From positions 9,858,001-9,922,000 of the forward strand of contig OX597818.1 in NCBI GenBank assembly GCA_951406725.2: 64,000 bases of DNA, given 5' to 3'. Positions within the stretch are counted from its first letter, which is position 1; every line of letters starts with the position of its first letter. Positions 25,063-38,563 of the stretch are shown piece after piece. The position numbers were made by a program, and so were the translations under genes. A model generated the notes under the pieces. That model ran no database searches, had not been told where the DNA came from, and saw only the letters and a program-made list of their open reading frames with translations. The stretch comes from Octopus vulgaris. Its lineage: Eukaryota.

Positions 25063-25891
25063 ACATATTGTACATCCAGTCTACTACTTTATCAAATCTG
25101 GATTAAAATCTCATTTTAGTAGCTGTTTACACTTAAATGATTACATACTGTGGAGAACGTAGTTGGTTCAAGGGATTTTATTAAATGTAAGTTTCATAAA
25201 CTGGACACTAAATTTTTAGATATTAATGTTTTGAACAGGAACATTCATACAGTATTATGCGTCATCTCTTTCTCTTTTCCCCTCTCCATTTCTTTCCTCT
25301 TTCTCTCTCTCTTTCTCTTCCACACATACATACACAAACACACGCACATACACACACACACACACACTGTACGCATGTGTGAGTTTATGTATGTGTATTG
25401 TATGCGAGTGTATATGAGCGAGTGTTTTTGAGCGTGTTCGCGTATACGTAAGAATACATATGACAATGTGTATGAATATGGAGTGTTGCGTCGGGATAAG
25501 CGAATACATACAATGCATAGACATGCATACACATACACAGACAGACAGATAAACTCACAAATACATACGTTACACGAACATAAATTGACATGCACACGTG
25601 AAAATGCAAATAATATGCTAACCAATTTTATATTTGATACGTATGATTTTCATATTGTCATACAATGATAAGGAAATGAGGAAACATATATAAGTTACAC
25701 AGAGTACGTAGTTGTAAATTTGGTTTTATTACTGAATATCACCAAATGTTTGAATATGCAATTCTATTATTATTCGAAGTTACTAGAATGTGTAGAGGAA
25801 CTTCAGGAAAATTCTGCAAACTAAATCTAGAAATATATGAATATAGCACTGTTTGCAAAATGAATTCGAAACTCGAGTAGTTTTATACATC

Positions 25892-25944
<53 letters not shown>

Positions 25945-26271
25945 AACATACATACATACATACATACATACATACATACATACATACATACATACATACA
26001 TACATACATACATACATACATACACGCATAAATACATACCTCGAAATGAGTAGTTTGACAGCCGGCAACTGATGAAGGGTCGTTCTTTATGTTACTTGTG
26101 TTGTTTTCCATTTACGTTTTTTGACGTCCTGTACCCATATATGTATGTATGTATGTATGTATGTACGTAAGTAAGTATGTATGTACATATATGTATGCAT
26201 ATATGCATAATAATATATATATAATTCAACCACGGCAGAATTTGAATTCAGAATGTATAACAACGTAATAC

Positions 26272-26421
26272 TGATTTGAAACGTTGGCACAAGGCCAACA
26301 ATTTCGAGTGAGGAGATAAGTCGGTTACATCGACTCCAGTACTCAACTGGTATTACTTTTTCGATCCCGTTAGGATGAAAGTACAAAGCCAACCTCGGCG
26401 GAAGTTGAATTCAGAACGTAT
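26272..26421 (-). mobile_element. SINE family B, partial (duplicate at about 36490-36640)
   Basis: ggcacaaggcc...aacctcggcggaagttgaattcagaacgta. Confidence 0.75.
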
Positions 26422-27629
26422 AGCAACTTAATATTAATTTAGACACGCATTTTCTTTCCGGCGAAGAGGGCTTTCAATTAAAAAAATTACATATTGCTTG
26501 TTTTCATTCCCCGTTTCATGAAATGGCTTTACATGCTACTTCTAATGGCACTTGATACGTTTTACATTTCCTATTTACACTCTATTCAGTTTTAAGATGG
26601 TTTATAAGAATATTGAAATATTAAATCGCCTCCAGCAACTCTTAAAGGCTGAAAGACAAAGATGAATTCGATGTGATTTGAACTCTGAATCAAAAGGACT
26701 GGAATTAAATACTATGGTCATTGTATTCTACAACTGAAGTCTTCTACCAACGTGTATCATTGAACAGGTCGTGCAACTAGAATGTGGAACCATTCGAAAT
26801 ATTGTCTGTTGAGAGTGAGAAATGGTTTTGGAATAATTTTACATCAATAAACATTAATGCGAAACTCTTGTTATAAAACATTTATATTTTAAAACTTCGT
26901 GTTTCATGATTATATCCTTTCCTTGTGCGTAAGGGCGTATGTGTGTGTGTGTGTGTGTGTATGTGTGTGTATGTGTGTGTATGTGTGTGTTTGTGTGTGT
27001 ATGTGTGTGTGTGTGTATGTATGTAAACGCAAATTTTCGTATATATGAGCGAATGTGGTCTGTATACGCATGTGTGTGTTTGCGTGTTTTTTTATTCATG
27101 TGATCTGCAATAAGCTAAGAATATCTTGAAATATATTCAATATACACCTTATATATGTAAATAAATTTATTCCCTTGAGGTAAGGAAATGATTGATGTAA
27201 GAAAGAATATTGAGCCATATCACACATGCTGTAAATAAATGTAACATATTTCAATCACTGTGTACCATCAATACTTATTGTCCATGACTATACATCTAAA
27301 CTCCAAATACATCGTTCTATCACATTATCGGTCTATCTGCTAATACATCGCCTCCCTTTCACTTTCTCTCTCTTTCATACACACACACACTCTCTCTCTC
27401 TTACTCCCTCTTACTCTCCCTTTTCTCTCTTTCACTCTCTTTCGATTTCTCTCTCTTTTTCCTCGCTCTCTCTCTTTCCCTCTTTCATTTCATGAATGAA
27501 TATGTATATATGTGTTCGTGTAGGCATGCGCGTGTATGCATGCGCGCACGCGTTGTGTGTGCGTACGTGTAAAGCAGTTGTATGTCCAGAGATAACATTA
27601 GAGCAACTGAAGACGATACATTACGAGCT

Positions 27630-27673
<44 letters not shown>

Positions 27674-28318
27674 AGAGAAAGAAAGAGAGAGAGAGAAAAT
27701 CAGAGAATCAGAAAGCGAGAGAGAGAGGGAGAGAAAGGAAATAATTACTAGACAGACAGACAGACAGATGCACGTAAGCGTGAGCAATTAGAAGAATAGT
27801 AAGTACTCGGTGACAAAAGTAGATTGACATAATTATATTCAGATTAAATACAAAATTTATATTTATTCAGCGAAGCTAACATGAATATTGAGTAGCTGTA
27901 TTTATATAAACGTTGTTATTATACATTCAGCAAGCTTTTTCAATAATGTAAGCTCTAATTTATACTATTATTCGAGAAGTACTGCAAACAGATCTTCGTT
28001 TACTTTGAATATATCTTCAATTCATTTTTCACGAAATAATCTCTTATAAATGGTCAATAGGCTTTTTGGCTGGAATCTGTCCAGGACAAGACAGTATCTT
28101 AATTTCATATTATTGGAGATTATTGTTGACTAATTTGGTAGAATGATCAGAAGAATTATTCAGCTGGCATTTTGCACAGTTGGGTTCAAGTACAGGCAGG
28201 ACTTTCCTTAGTGATTTTACCTCGTTCAATATTGTGCAGCGGTTCTTTCATTAGAGAGAGGGAGAGACAGAGAGAGAGAGAGAGACAGAGAGAGAGACAG
28301 AGACAGAGAGAGACACAG

Positions 28319-28366
<48 letters not shown>

Positions 28367-28442
28367 GTATGTAATAGCGTCCCTGTTAGAGGAATGGCCT
28401 TGTACATCACCTCAAAATAATTTTCTCGTAACAAATAGAAAC

Positions 28443-28752
28443 TGGCACTCCGTCGGTTACAACGACGAACGTTCCAGTTAATCCGAAGAACGGAACAGCC
28501 TGCTCGTGGAATTAACGTGGAAGTGGGTGAGCAATCTACAGACACTCATACATTTAACGTAGTTCTCAGGAAGATTCAGAGTGATGCAGAATGTGACAAC
28601 GCCGGCACTTTGAATTATAGGGACAACTCATTTTTGTCAGCTGAGCTGACTGGAGCAGCGTGAAATAAAGGACAAAACGAGCCACCGAGAATCGAAGGAG
28701 TGTCCTTAGTTTGTGAACCGTTTAACGTTACCATTAAGCCGCACGCCTTCAC
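28443..28752 (-). mobile_element. tRNA-derived SINE, family C (duplicate at 38641-38961)
   Basis: Plus strand runs ggcactccgtcggttac...ctgctcgtg...ctggagcagcgtgaaataaag, with the decayed tRNA head at the right end (ccattaagccgcacgccttcac). Confidence 0.8.
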
Positions 28753-29981
28753 CTAACAAACAGAAGTAAATACTTTCAACATGCTTTTTTTCTACTTTCG
28801 GAAATAGCTATGATCTAATTATAAATGTCACCTTCTAATAAAGGAGTCACCAAAATTATACAGACCTTGTGTTATCTACAAGATCATACTGAAAAGGAAT
28901 TTTTCACACAAATGTTTCCTCTTGCATTCTTCTTTCTATACATTAATTACCTACTTCTGTTACCCAACAAAACGGCCTCTGCTAGTAGATGACACCTCCT
29001 TTCATTACGTTCCATCAGATAACATCCACTTCCGTTATGCTAACTTTGTTTCTTTGACGAATAAAAGCGTACAAATTCTGTACAAGGGAACATTATCACA
29101 TCCCATCCTTAAATATATATCGCAAGCAACCACTACTGTTTCGATACCTTCTATTGCCACATCTTAAAATCAGCGAAGACCTGTCTGGCCAAAACGCACA
29201 ATGCGAATATAGTAATGACTACTAAACCAAGGCTACTTCTCTTCACAGCCAAAACACGTTTATACCTACAATTACTAACTCACAACAAAGATTAAGATGA
29301 CCTACAAGACAATCCTATCCTCCTCTCTGGGGTACTGCTCCTTTTACACATAGAGGCATATTTTAAACTTCAGCTGAATAAATGACCATCGACATATTGG
29401 TATGAAACCACCGCTGGCCCTCATACGTACTCTCTGCCTTTTCTTTTGTTACTGTAGTAGGCGGCCTTTCCTCCCCAGAGATGACTGGTATCCTATCACC
29501 TTCCCGCTTTACACGTTCCTTTTCTCCTTGTCCACCATATTGTGTGTGCATTCTAGGCCTGGTGAAGGCAACTAACTGCAGTATTTACTTCGCAGAACAG
29601 CAACCATCTAGAATTCCCTCTATGCACGAGTCTTCGCTGCAGATGTCGACTTGCAACTTCTCAAGAGGAAAATTGACATTGAATTCTTGGTCTCGTATGA
29701 CACATGAAAACTTGATATCATTCAATTTATTAACTGCAAATCAATAGAATACGAAAATATATCTGAAAGGAAATAATACAATTTAGGATGATTCCTGGAG
29801 TCCGATACTTTGTCTTCATGAGTCATGAAAATGTGTGTTATCATTAGAAATACATAATTAGACAATTATGCACATGTGTTTGTGTGCGTGTGGTTATACG
29901 TGTATATATGTATCTATTTACATATCTTACTTCCTATCTCTCCACATACATATACACACATATATGCATGTATTATGTACA

Positions 29982-30064
<83 letters not shown>

Positions 30065-30067
30065 TGT

Positions 30068-30308
30068 GGCACTCCATCGGTTACGACGACGAGGGTTCTA
30101 GTTGATACGATCGATGGAACAGCTTACTCGTGAAATTAACGTGCAAGTGGCTGAGCACTCCACAGACACGTGTACCATTGACGTAGTCCTTAGGGGAGAT
30201 TCAGCGTGACACAGAGTGTGACAATGCTGCCCCTTTGAAATACAGGGACAACAGAAATAGGAAGAAAGAGTGTGAGAAAGTTGAGGTGAAATAGCACAGC
30301 AAGGGTTC
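30068..30308 (-). mobile_element. SINE family C 3' part with a different 5' segment (duplicate at 40277-40516)
   Basis: Aligns with 28443-28625, then diverges. Confidence 0.75.
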
Positions 30309-30545
30309 ATGTCATACATAGAGGAGACATCTAGGAGCATTGCGGAACGACTAAATGAACATTTGAGACAATATGTCGATAAAAAACAGTCCTCCTTAGT
30401 CTACCAACATGTCAAGGAGCAACATGGAGGCAACCTGGGTCAACTTGACATCCGCACCGTATCCAAGTACCCAAAGGAATCAACACTCTGACAAATAGAG
30501 TACGTCCTCATAAATGAAACGTCCCCAATACTAAATAGGAAATAT
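30309..30545 (+). pseudogene. GIY-YIG endonuclease fragment of a third Penelope-like family (duplicate at about 40517-40752)
   Basis: SYIEETSRSIAERLNEH...SSLVYQHVKEQH...L*QIEYVLINETSPILNRK matches the PLE pattern YIGET.R....R..EH...S.V..H...I....P.LN. Confidence 0.8.
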
Positions 30546-31089
30546 ACATAGTAGATATCATACCCCATATCCCCAGTTTACACAGGTAGAGTACAATAGT
30601 TAGTGGGCTATTATGTAGATAGTTGTGTGTGTGGATGTATGTATTTATATGTAGATAGATGTATGTATGTGTATGTATATATATATATGTATATGTATGT
30701 AAGCATATGGATATGAAAGTAAACAGATCAACATACAGACGGATAGGCACATAGGTTATATGAACAGACAAGCACACATACCCGAATGGAGACTGAAACA
30801 CATGACCATATATACACACACACATACTCAGACATGCACGCACAAGGAGACAGACACACATATACAAACACACACACACACATATACAAACACTTATACA
30901 CACACACATACAAACACACATATATAATACATATACACATACACACACACATACACGCACACACACATACATAAAACACACAAACACGAATATTCAGAAT
31001 ACATACGTACAAATGTTCACACATAAATAAATACATATGAACACACATACATGCATACACACACATGCATGCATACATACATACATACA

Positions 31090-32820
31090 TGATGGCCGTC
31101 CACTCGTGACCGAGGAAGACCATTGCCGACCTTCAGGAACATTGTGTGCTCTAGGACTAACTTATATTTTGCATTTGCAGCTCCGTTGGTGGCTAATGAG
31201 CCCTGCTCTTGACAAGCATACACGACTGCAAACATTGCAGACCAAGCTTTCCCCATTCACTATACGAGCCGTGCGCTTTCGCGCAGCTCGCTTAAGTTCT
31301 TCATGCTGGATACGTGCTCTCTCAAAAGTGTCGATCCCCTCCTTAACCTGCTTCCTCCATCTGTGGCGATGACAGGCATTGTTCTCCCAGTCAGTGTCCT
31401 GCATATCAAAGGCCTTTAACGAGGACTTGACACAGTCCTTAAATCGCAGCCTTGGTTTCTGCCGGAGTCTCCTTCCATTCACAAGTTCTCCATAGAGCAT
31501 CTGCTTAGGAATCCTTCTATCCTCCATTCTAATAAGGTGTCCAGTCCAATGCAACCGGTGCTTGTGTACCATCGCCTCAATACTCAAGATATCAGCTGTC
31601 CTCAGGATCTGTGTGTTTGGAATTTTTGAGGTCCAGCTAACATTGAGAATGTGTCTTGGACATCTCTGATGAAAACGTTCAAGGACCCTGACCTGACGTT
31701 TGTACAGAGTCCATGTCTCACATGAGTAGAGAAGCGATGTCATTACACAAGCACGGTACACAGCAACTTTTGTTCTCCTTGCGATGCCATGTTGGGACCA
31801 GACACGAGACTGAAGAGACCGGAAGGAATTAGTTGCTCTCTGCAACCTGAAAGATATTTCCTCATCCAGGGAGCAAGAACGGCTGAGTGTGCTGCCCAGG
31901 TAGACAAACTTGCCTACTACCTTCAGAATCGTTCCTTCAACCAAGATAGCTGGTTCTATATATGGATTTCCTGGTGCAGGCTGGAACATTACAACAGTTT
32001 TGTCCAGGCTAATGCTGAGTCCAAATGCCCTGCAAGAAGCAGAAATGCAATTCATGAGTATTTGCATGTCATCCACTGTATGAGTGACTAAGTCACAGTC
32101 ATCTGCATAAAGGAGGTCACGAATAATAGACTGGGAAACCTTTGAATTGGCAGCAAATCGGCGAAGATTAAAGAGGCGACCAGAAGATCGATATCTGACA
32201 TATATTCCCAGAGAGCTAACCTTAGCAAAAGCATGAGTAAAAGTAGCGGCAAAGTACAAAGAAAAGAGAGTTGGGGCAAGGATGTCACTCTGCTTAACAC
32301 CATTCTCTACAGGAATGGATCCTGCCATGGCACCACCAACATTGACCCAAGCCTCCATCCCATGATGAAATGATTCAATTATTGATACAAAGTGATCCGG
32401 ACATCCAAGTTTGCCAAGTATTTTCCATAGAAAGGCCCTATTTACAGTATCAAAGGCCTTTGTTAAATCAATGAATACCTGGACAAGATCCATATTCTGC
32501 TCATAATACTTCTCCTGCATCTGTCTTGCTGTGAAAATCATATCCGTTGTCCCTCTACCAGATCGGAAGCCACATTGAGATTCAGATAGGACATCATTTA
32601 CGAGACACCCATTCAGACGGGTAAGAAGAATATTTGCCAGAACCTTGCCAGCAGCTGATAGTAGAGCAATACCTCTGTAGTTACCACACATTGTTCTGGC
32701 TCCTTTTCCTTTATACAGAGGAAGAATAATTGCATCCTTCCAGTCCTTAGTGATTGCATCATCCCTCCAGACTGCACTAATAAATTCACGAAGGGACTGT
32801 GTGATGCAATTACCACCATA
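31090..32820 (-). mobile_element. RTE-clade LINE, 5'-truncated, with short 3' UTR and (ATGT)n tail
   Basis: Open RT ORF plus a roughly 70-nt 3' UTR ending ggccatc-(atgt)n. The 5' end abuts (ATGT)n. Confidence 0.93.
31162..32820 (-). CDS. RTE-type reverse transcriptase with C-terminal C2HC zinc finger (uninterrupted, lacks APE endonuclease and true start)
   Basis: WKDAIILPLYKGKG..CGNYRGIALLS, ESQCGFRSGRGT, FIDLTKAFDTVNR, GVKQSDILAPTLFSLY, LLYADD, FVYLGS, LLYSCETWT, CNVCSRVCLSRAGLISHQRSC. The N-terminal MYVC repeats in the ORF track are microsatellite. Confidence 0.9.
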   Translation of the reverse strand, partial: YGGNCITQSLREFISAVWRDDAITKDWKDAIILPLYKGKGARTMCGNYRGIALLSAAGKVLANILLTRLNGCLVNDVLSESQCGFRSGRGTTDMIFTARQMQEKYYEQNMDLVQVFIDLTKAFDTVNRAFLWKILGKLGCPDHFVSIIESFHHGMEAWVNVGGAMAGSIPVENGVKQSDILAPTLFSLYFAATFTHAFAKVSSLGIYVRYRSSGRLFNLRRFAANSKVSQSIIRDLLYADDCDLVTHTVDDMQILMNCISASCRAFGLSISLDKTVVMFQPAPGNPYIEPAILVEGTILKVVGKFVYLGSTLSRSCSLDEEISFRLQRATNSFRSLQSRVWSQHGIARRTKVAVYRACVMTSLLYSCETWTLYKRQVRVLERFHQRCPRHILNVSWTSKIPNTQILRTADILSIEAMVHKHRLHWTGHLIRMEDRRIPKQMLYGELVNGRRLRQKPRLRFKDCVKSSLKAFDMQDTDWENNACHRHRWRKQVKEGIDTFERARIQHEELKRAARKRTARIVNGESLVCNVCSRVCLSRAGLISHQRSCKCKI

Positions 32821-32889
32821 CATACATACATACATACATACATACATACATACATACATACATACATACATACATACATACATACATAC

Positions 32890-33155
32890 AAGTTGTTTTT
32901 TGAGGTTTAGAGGTCTTCTGCAGTTGAAGCTGGGGCTGCGTTATCATCAGCGTATTGAAGCTCAGTGATATTGTGCTCTCAGCAGCGACGTCTTGATCGG
33001 AAATGTGAGATGTTGAAAAGTCCGCCGTCAAATCTACATCTGAGTTCCACTCCGGAGTTGTCTGTTGGAATTTCGGAGAGCATGGCAGCGATGTAGAGAG
33101 AAAACAAGGTTGGAGCAAGAACACATCCCTGCTTCAGGGATGTGAATGGGATGTG
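32890..33155 (-). pseudogene. Internal RT fragment of a second RTE family (duplicate at about 43108-43375)
   Basis: LKQGCVLAPTLFSLYIAAMLSE...[32 protein letters not shown]. Flanked on both sides by (ATGT)n. Confidence 0.85.
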
Positions 33156-33344
33156 ATACATACATATATATACATACATACATGCATACATGCATACATA
33201 CATATATACATACATACATACATACATACATACATACATACATACATACATAAATACATACATACAAACATACATACATACGTGCATGCATATATAGGCA
33301 CACACACACAGACACACACACACACACACACACACATGCGCATA

Positions 33345-33580
33345 AACAAACAAAAAGGAACACAGCGTGAGTACTGGACAGTGTCAAAACTATTGAAAAG
33401 GTTGCAAGACGCAACGAACATTTTAGAAAATAAAAAAAAAATAAGTGAAAATTTTACCGATGAGTGTGTTAAATTATAAGGCACCAAAAGAGAATGACTC
33501 TCCCCTAGACACAACAGAATATGCTTCAACACACGAACTCACATAAAGAATCTTGCAAACCAAATCCCAAAACGAAATAT
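33345..33580 (+). mobile_element. Putative pLTR-like repeat with U3-A8 hammerhead-like motif (duplicate at 43545-43777)
   Basis: Multi-copy family, also at 1150 and 8620. Motif at 33390-33426: CUA-UUGAAAA-G-GUUGC(AAGAC)GCAAC-GAACA-UUU^UAG. Confidence 0.6.
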
Positions 33581-33794
33581 ATATGTATATATATACAAGC
33601 ACACACATAAGTATATACGTATTGATGGGTGAATGGATGGATGGATGGATGGATATTTAATATTGCATTGCCTCTTATACAAGTATTTAACCATGTTTTC
33701 TGTAGCAATGAAAAACAAATCTTCAATCTGGTTATGACAAAATTCTACAAGCGTACAGTACAAAGCTCAGAAACAATAAATTTCCTACATGTGA

Positions 33795-33894
33795 NNNNNN
33801 NNNNNNNNNNNNNNNNNNNNNNNNNNNNNNNNNNNNNNNNNNNNNNNNNNNNNNNNNNNNNNNNNNNNNNNNNNNNNNNNNNNNNNNNNNNNNN
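33795..33894. other. Assembly gap (100 N)
   Basis: Run of N. Confidence 1.
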
Positions 33895-36078
33895 ATTTTC
33901 CTGCGACTGATTATCCGGTTTCCTTAATCAGTATAAATTACGATGGTGAACCCAAAATTCCCGTTACCCCCAGTGTTGTTTACTACATGACTACGGTTGT
34001 TTCTGTGCATGTTATATGGTTATCTGCATCACCTACGCAGCAATTGTTTGTGTAATACCAAAATTTTGAGAGATCATCTCCTTATTTATGCTAACCTGAG
34101 CTATGACTACTACTGCTAAGGCAACTAAGAGCATCAGTGACAGAAACTTAAAAGTTATTTTATATAGAACCTGTATAAAAAAAGAACAGTTGAAAAAACC
34201 GGTCCATGGTTTTTCGGGACGGGAGATGTTGATGAATTATTATTAGAGGAGAATGTATCGGCCGGCAAAATGGTTAATCTTTCAAGGCCGGATATTTGAT
34301 GGTGTAACTGTATATAATTTTCCAATAAAGTTTCAAGAGTCAGAAGAAAACAGTGTTTTGTATATTAGATAATAAAATGGTTGTATTGTTTATACCATAT
34401 TATAAATTTTATTTCATTGTCTCTTATGAAAACGAATCAATAATATTGTGTAGATAATGCATGCATACATACACCTACACACATATACACTTGTATGTCT
34501 GTACGTATGTATGTATGTATATATGTATGTATTATGTATGTTTGAATGTTTGCACGTATGTATGTGTGTGCATGTGTATATGTGTAAGTTAGATTAAAGC
34601 TAGACGCTCAATAAGTTCACTTCGCAGCCAAAAGGTTCCAGATTTGATCTCACTGCGTAGCTTTTGGGGCAAATGTTATTTTCTATATCTTCAGGTCAAC
34701 CCATATCTTGACAATGAAATTGGATAGATGAAATTACACAGAAGGCCATTCAGGTAGATTGTACAAGTAATTCAAATGTTACAGACATGTCATACACTAT
34801 GCCGTGCTAGTTCTTCCTGAAATTTTCGTTAAGAATACACAAGTCAATGGAATACGCGACTGCTTTCTACTTAACTCCGAGAGCAGTTAATTCAGTTGAT
34901 TTAACCAGCTGAAATATCATAGTCGAAAACAACGGAGATCCATTCACCCATTGAAATAGATAATTGTGTGTGTGTATGTTCGTGCTTACGTGTGTATGAA
35001 TATATATATGAAGAGGCTCGTTACTGTTCACAACTTTTAACATATTGTTCATCCAAAAGCAATGAGCTGGCACAATCGTTAGCACGTTTCGTCCGTCTTT
35101 ACATTCAGAGTTCAAATTCCGCCGAGGTCGACTTTACTTTTTATCATTTCGGGGTCGATAAAAGAAGTAACAGCTGAATGCTAGAGTCCATGTAATCGAC
35201 TTACTCCTCCCCAAAATTGCTGGGCTTGTACCAAAATTTGAAATCAATATATTGTACATCCGGTCTACTACTTTATCAAATCTGGATTAAAATCTCATTT
35301 TAGTAGCTGTTTACACTTAAATGATTACATACTGTGGAGAACGTAGTTGGTTCAAGGGATTTTATTAAATGTAAGTTTCATAAACTGGACACTAAATTTT
35401 TAGATATTAATGTTTTGAACAGGAACATTCATACAGTATTATGCGTCATCTCTTTCTTTTTCCCCTCTCCATTTCTTTCCTCTTTCTCTCTCTCTTTCTC
35501 TTCCACACATACATACACAAACACACGCACATACACACACACACACACACTGTACGCATGTGTGAGTTTATGTATGTGTATTGTATGCGAGTGTATATGA
35601 GCGAGTGTTTTTGAGCGTGTTCGCGTATACGTAAGAATACATATGACAATGTGTATGAATATGGAGTGTTGCGTCGGGATAAGCGAATACATACAATGCA
35701 TAGTCATGCATACTCATACACAGACAGACAGATAAACTCACAAATACCTACGTTACACGAACATAAATTGACATGCACACGTGAAAACGCAAATAATATG
35801 CTAACCAATTTTATATTTGATACGTATGATTTTCATATTGTCATACAATGATAAGGAAATGGGGAAACAGATATAAGTTACACAGAGTACGTAGTTGTAA
35901 ATTTGGTTTTATTACTGAATATCACCAAATGTTTGAATATGCAATTCTATTATTATTCGAAGTTACTAGAATGTGAAGAGGAACTTTAGGAAAATTCCGC
36001 AAACTAAATCTAGAAATATATGAATATAGCACTGTTTGCAAAATGAATACGAAACTCGAGTAGTTTTATACATCATAT

Positions 36079-36111
<33 letters not shown>

Positions 36112-38511
36112 AACATACATACATACATACATACATACATACATACATACATACATACATACATACATACATACATACATACACATATGCATACATACAT
36201 ACATACATACATACATACATACATACATACATACATACATACACGCATAAATACATACCTCGAAATGAGTAGTTTGACAGCCGGCAACTGATGAAGGGTC
36301 GTTCTTTATGTTACTTGTGTTGTTTTCCATTTACGTTTTTTGACGTCCTGTACCCATATATGTATGTATGTATGTATGTATGTACGTAAGTAAGTATGTA
36401 TGTACATATATGTATGCATATATGCATAATAATATATATATAATTCAACCACGGCAGAATTTGAATTCAGAATGTATAACAACGTAATACTGATTTGAAA
36501 CGTTGGCACAAGGCCAACAATTTCGAGTGAGGGAGATAAGTCGGTTACATCGACTCCAGTACTCAACTGGTATTACTTTTCGATCCCGTTAGGATGAAAG
36601 TACAAAGCCAACCTCGGCGGAAGTTGAATTCAGAACGTATAGCAACTTAATATTAATTTAGACACGCATTTTCTTTCCGGCGAAGAGGGCTTTCAATTAA
36701 AAAAATTACATATTGCTTGTTTTCATTCCCCGTTTCATGAAATGGCTTTACATGCTACTTCTAATGGCACTTGATACGTTTTACATTTCCTATTTACACT
36801 CTATTCAGTTTTAAGATGGTTTATAAGAATATTGAAATATTAAATCGCCTCCAGCAACTCTTAAAGGCTGAAAGACAAAGATGAATTCGATGTGATTTGA
36901 ACTCTGAATCAAAAGGACTGGAATTAAATACTATGGTCATTGTATTCTACAACTGAAGTCTTCTACCAACGTGTATCATTGAACAGGTCGTGCAACTAGA
37001 ATGTGGAACCATTCGAAATATTGTCTGTTGAGAGTGAGAAATGGTTTTGGAATAATTTTACATCAATAAACATTAATGCGAAACTCTTGTTATAAAACAT
37101 TTATATTTTAAAACTTCGTGTTTCATGATTATATCCTTTCCTTGGACGTAAGGGCGTATGTGTGTGTGTGTGTGTGTATGTGTGTGTATGTGTGTGTATG
37201 TGTGTGTTTGTGTGTGTATGTGTGTGTGTATGTATGTATGTAAACGCAAATTTTCGTATATATGAGCGAATGTGGTCTGTATACGCATGTGTGTGTTTGC
37301 GTGTTTTTTTATTCATGTGATCTGCAATAAGCTAAGAATATCTTGAAATATATTCAATATACACCTTATATATGTAAATAAATTTATTCCCTTGAGGTAA
37401 GGAAATGATTGATGTAAGAAAGAATATTGAGCCATATCACACATGCTGTAAATAAATGTAACATATTTCAATCACTGTGTACCATCAATACTTATTGTCC
37501 ATGACTATACATCTAAACTCCAAATACATCGTTCTATCACATTATCAGTCTATCTGCTAATACATCGCCTCCCTTTCACTTTCTCTCTCTTTCATACACA
37601 CACACACTCTCTCTCTTACTCCCTCTTACTCTCCCTTTTCTCTCTTTCCTCTCTTTCGATTTCTCTCTCTTTTTCTCGCTCTCTCTCTTTCCCTCTTTCA
37701 TTTCATGAATGAATATGTATATATGTGTTCGTGTAGGCATGCGCGTGTATGCATGCGCGCACGCGTTGTGTGTGCGTACGTGTAAAGCAGTTGTATGTCC
37801 AGAGATAACATTAGAGCAACTGAAGACGATACATTACGAGCTTGATGTATATATATATATATATATATATGTGGAGAGAAAGAGAGAGAGAGAAAATCAG
37901 AGAATCAGAAAGCGAGAGAGAGAGGGAGAGAAAGGAAATAATTACTAGACAGACAGACAGACAGATGCACGTAAGCGTGAGCAATTAGAAGAATAGTAAG
38001 TACTCGGTGACAAAAGTAGATTGACATAATTATATTCAGATTAAATACAAAATTTATATTTATTCAGCGAAGCTAACATGAATATTGAGTAGCTGTATTT
38101 ATATAAACGTTGTTATTATACATTCAGCAAGCTTTTCCAATAATGTAAGCTCTAATTTATACTATTATTCGAGAAGTACTGCAAACAGATCTTCGTTTAC
38201 TTTGAATATATCTTCAATTCATTTTTCACGAAATAATCTCTTATAAATGGTCAATAGGCTTTTTGGCTGGAATCTGTCCAGGACAAGACAGTATCTTAAT
38301 TTCATATTATTGGAGATTATTGTTGACTAATTTGGTAGAATGATCAGAAGAATTATTCAGCTGGCATTTTGCACAGTTGGGTTCAAGTACAGGGAGGACT
38401 TTCCTTAGTGATTTTACCTCGTTCAATATTGTGCAGCGGTTCTTTCATTAGAGAGAGAGAGACAGAGAGAGAGAGAGACAGAGAGAGACAGAGACAGAGA
38501 GAGAGAGAGAG

Positions 38512-38563
<52 letters not shown>

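Larger units (their letters stand above)
23707..33794 (+). repeat. Copy 1 of a ~10.1 kb near-identical tandem block
   Basis: Starts attttcctgcgactgattatccgg and ends tttcctacatgtga. Colinear with 33895-44010. Confidence 0.97.

Noticed and set aside
26038-26085. GAAA...GTA followed by CTGATGA as a permuted hammerhead (duplicate at about 36257-36300)
   Set aside because: Stems II and III cannot be closed. More likely a truncated repeat remnant.
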